A stretch of DNA of 62,113 nucleotides, the filler included, from Choristocarpus tenellus KU-1152 (Eukaryota; Protista; Phaeophyceae), in NCBI GenBank assembly GCA_964200185.2. It is 13 parts of 13 records of this genome, joined end to end, with 100 filler letters (N's around TTAATTAATTAA, not from the genome) between each part and the next. Parts side by side here need not be neighbours in the genome. Positions count along the whole stretch, not along the records: positions 59,509 to 62,113 come from CAXNAD020026343.1; 12 more parts are not named here. The stretch is one strand, 5' to 3'. Positions within the stretch are counted from its first letter, which is position 1; every line of letters starts with the position of its first letter. Under the pieces are notes generated by a model, which saw only the letters and a program-made list of their open reading frames with translations, had not been told where the DNA came from and did not search any database. A program made the position numbers and the translations under genes. Shown piece after piece: positions 60,234 through 62,113 of the stretch.

Positions 60234-61668
60234 GTTGACCACCTGGAAAGGGATCTAGTGGAACTCACGCACGAGCGAGATCTCCTGCAGCGGGCAATCA
60301 CTGGTGCAGTGGGTCTCCCGAGAACAGGATCTACTCCCCCACCCGATGATGAAGTAATCCCCCCAGCCCTGACTAGTGAGAAAGCGCTCAAGATGAAGAC
60401 AGATGCGTATGCCCTGGAGATGCAGATTCAGGTAAAGAGGGCAGAGCGAGAGCAGCGACGGCAGCAGCTAAGTGCAGAGTTTACATCTACCTTTGCAGAG
60501 GTGGAGGACAAGAAGTGTCAACTTACTCGACTGAGCCTTGCAGTGGAAGACATCGAGTGTACGAGGCTGCGGAAAGCTCGTGAGTTCAGCATAATGCAGA
60601 AGAACCTCATGGAACTCCTGTCCCAGCAGAAGAGGGAGTTGGACAATGTGCGAGAGAAGGGGGCGCAGCTTGAGACTGCAGCAGCAACAAGTGCAGCAGC
60701 AGCAGCAGCAACGGCCCAACGGGCACGGGACCATGAGGCCCAGTCAGCTTCCATGTTCACTCAGACAGAGGAACTCATGAAGTTCCAGTTCATGTCCATG
60801 TCTCTGAGCTACTTCAGCAGCCTCAACATGATGAAGCAGATGCGAAACATCAACGCTGACACCACCACTTCTGCAATTGTGGGCAGTGCTGATGCAGCAG
60901 CAGCTGCCGCGGCCGCCTCGGCTGCTGCCAATGTCCCATCTCTTAAAAATGCAGGAATCCTTCTCAATGGCAGTGACATCAGGACTAGCCTCGTATTTCG
61001 GAAGCAAGAGATCAAGGAAGTGCGGGCAGAGATGAAGGAGGCAGAAGATAGTCAGCAATGCCCGTTCCCGACAGACATTAAACTGTGGTCGGTGGAGGAT
61101 GTGTGCCGTTGGCTGGACACACTGCAGCTTGGGGAGTATCGTGAAGCCTTCCGTGAGGGTCGGGTGGATGGGAACTTCCTGGTGGAGCTCCGAGAGTCGG
61201 ACCTGATGGACTCAATTGGCATGAGGCACAAGCTTCACCTTAGGAAATTGTTGCTGGCTCGGAAGAAGCTGACACCGCTGTCGGCAGAAGAGATCTCAAA
61301 GAAGAACGGGGTGCTGCGGGAGGAGGCTGCTGATAGGGACCGTGCCGGCTTACCCAGTCTTGAAGGAGTCTTCAGTCAGGCCAGGCACGGGAAGAGAAGC
61401 CGCCTGGAGAAGAGTCTAAACCTTGGTTTCAACATCGAGGAGGAGGATGAGAATGGCAACACCCTCCTCGTTGTAGCCACACAACAAAGCCAGATGGCAG
61501 TCATTGAGTTCCTCATTAAACGGGGCGCCAACGTCAACCACTGCAATGCTGCTGGCAACACTCCTCTTCACTATGCCATGACGTATGACCCATCTGGGAA
61601 TATAGGGGAGTTCCTCATCAACAATGGAGCTGACGATACACTTGAGAACAACGTCGGGATGACTCCTT
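60234..61668 (+). CDS. Large internal exon: coiled coil, SAM domain and ankyrin repeats
   Basis: Acceptor at 60233 and probable donor T|gttagt at 61669. SAM motif WSVEDVCRWLDTLQLGEYREAFREGRVDGNFL..IGM. Ankyrin motifs NGNTLLVVA..LIKRGANVN and AGNTPLHYA..LINNGAD. Confidence 0.9.
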
Positions 61669-62113
61669 GTTAGTATAGTACCCTCCCTTTCCCTGCCCCT
61701 CTTAATTATGTACCGCACTTGCTTCACCAACATCCACTAGAAACAAACAAAAATTGTCGAAAGAAATTGACCCCCCAACAGATTTGACCTCATCTCTTGA
61801 TCAAGAATCAGCAGTAAACATTGTATTGCCTTCACCACAATTTCAACACATACTGATCAATAACTCAACGGAACACCTTTTTCACATCTACTTCTTAGTT
61901 ACGCATGTAATCGCTTTTGTTTTCAATTATTTACTTATCGTACAAGAAGAAATATGTTTACCCCCATTCGAACCCTACAACTTTTCACTGATCTCATCTT
62001 TGACTTCAAGGGTGTTGGGAGGGTAGAATGAATACTCAGGATCAAAGTATCTTAGGGGGGAGGGGTGGTTTGTGAGGGGCGTCCGTTTCGGTCAAACAAC
62101 ATTTTTTTTTGAT

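Overview
Eukaryotic nuclear DNA, not a contiguous locus. It consists of 13 short contigs joined by 12 artificial 100-bp linkers (N44-TTAATTAATTAA-N44), so adjacency across linkers is meaningless. A signal peptide plus SEA|F bipartite plastid presequence, spliceosomal introns and the repeat content point to a photosynthetic stramenopile, probably a brown alga or close relative (inference). Partial host genes recovered by manual splicing: strawberry notch, a Zn(II)2Cys6 transcription factor, an intronless GT-A glycosyltransferase, a myristoylated HET-like protein, NAE1, plastid FtsY, a secreted DUF1647-like protein and a coiled-coil/SAM/ankyrin protein. Most of the rest is decayed transposons: four Copia elements (one nested in another), a Gypsy, plant-type mariners, and RTE and KDZ-like remnants. 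The most striking unexplained signal is a very abundant pair of MITE families. They share a G-N4-AAAGTATCT terminal core, make 3-4 bp target duplications with no sequence preference, and lie at many contig ends. Also notable are an LTR family ending in TA instead of CA, a MITE-linked micro-inversion in the Gypsy RNase H, and a hairpin+(TAA)n short repeat that stacks tail-to-tail. All family assignments come from motif recognition by eye; no database searches were run.
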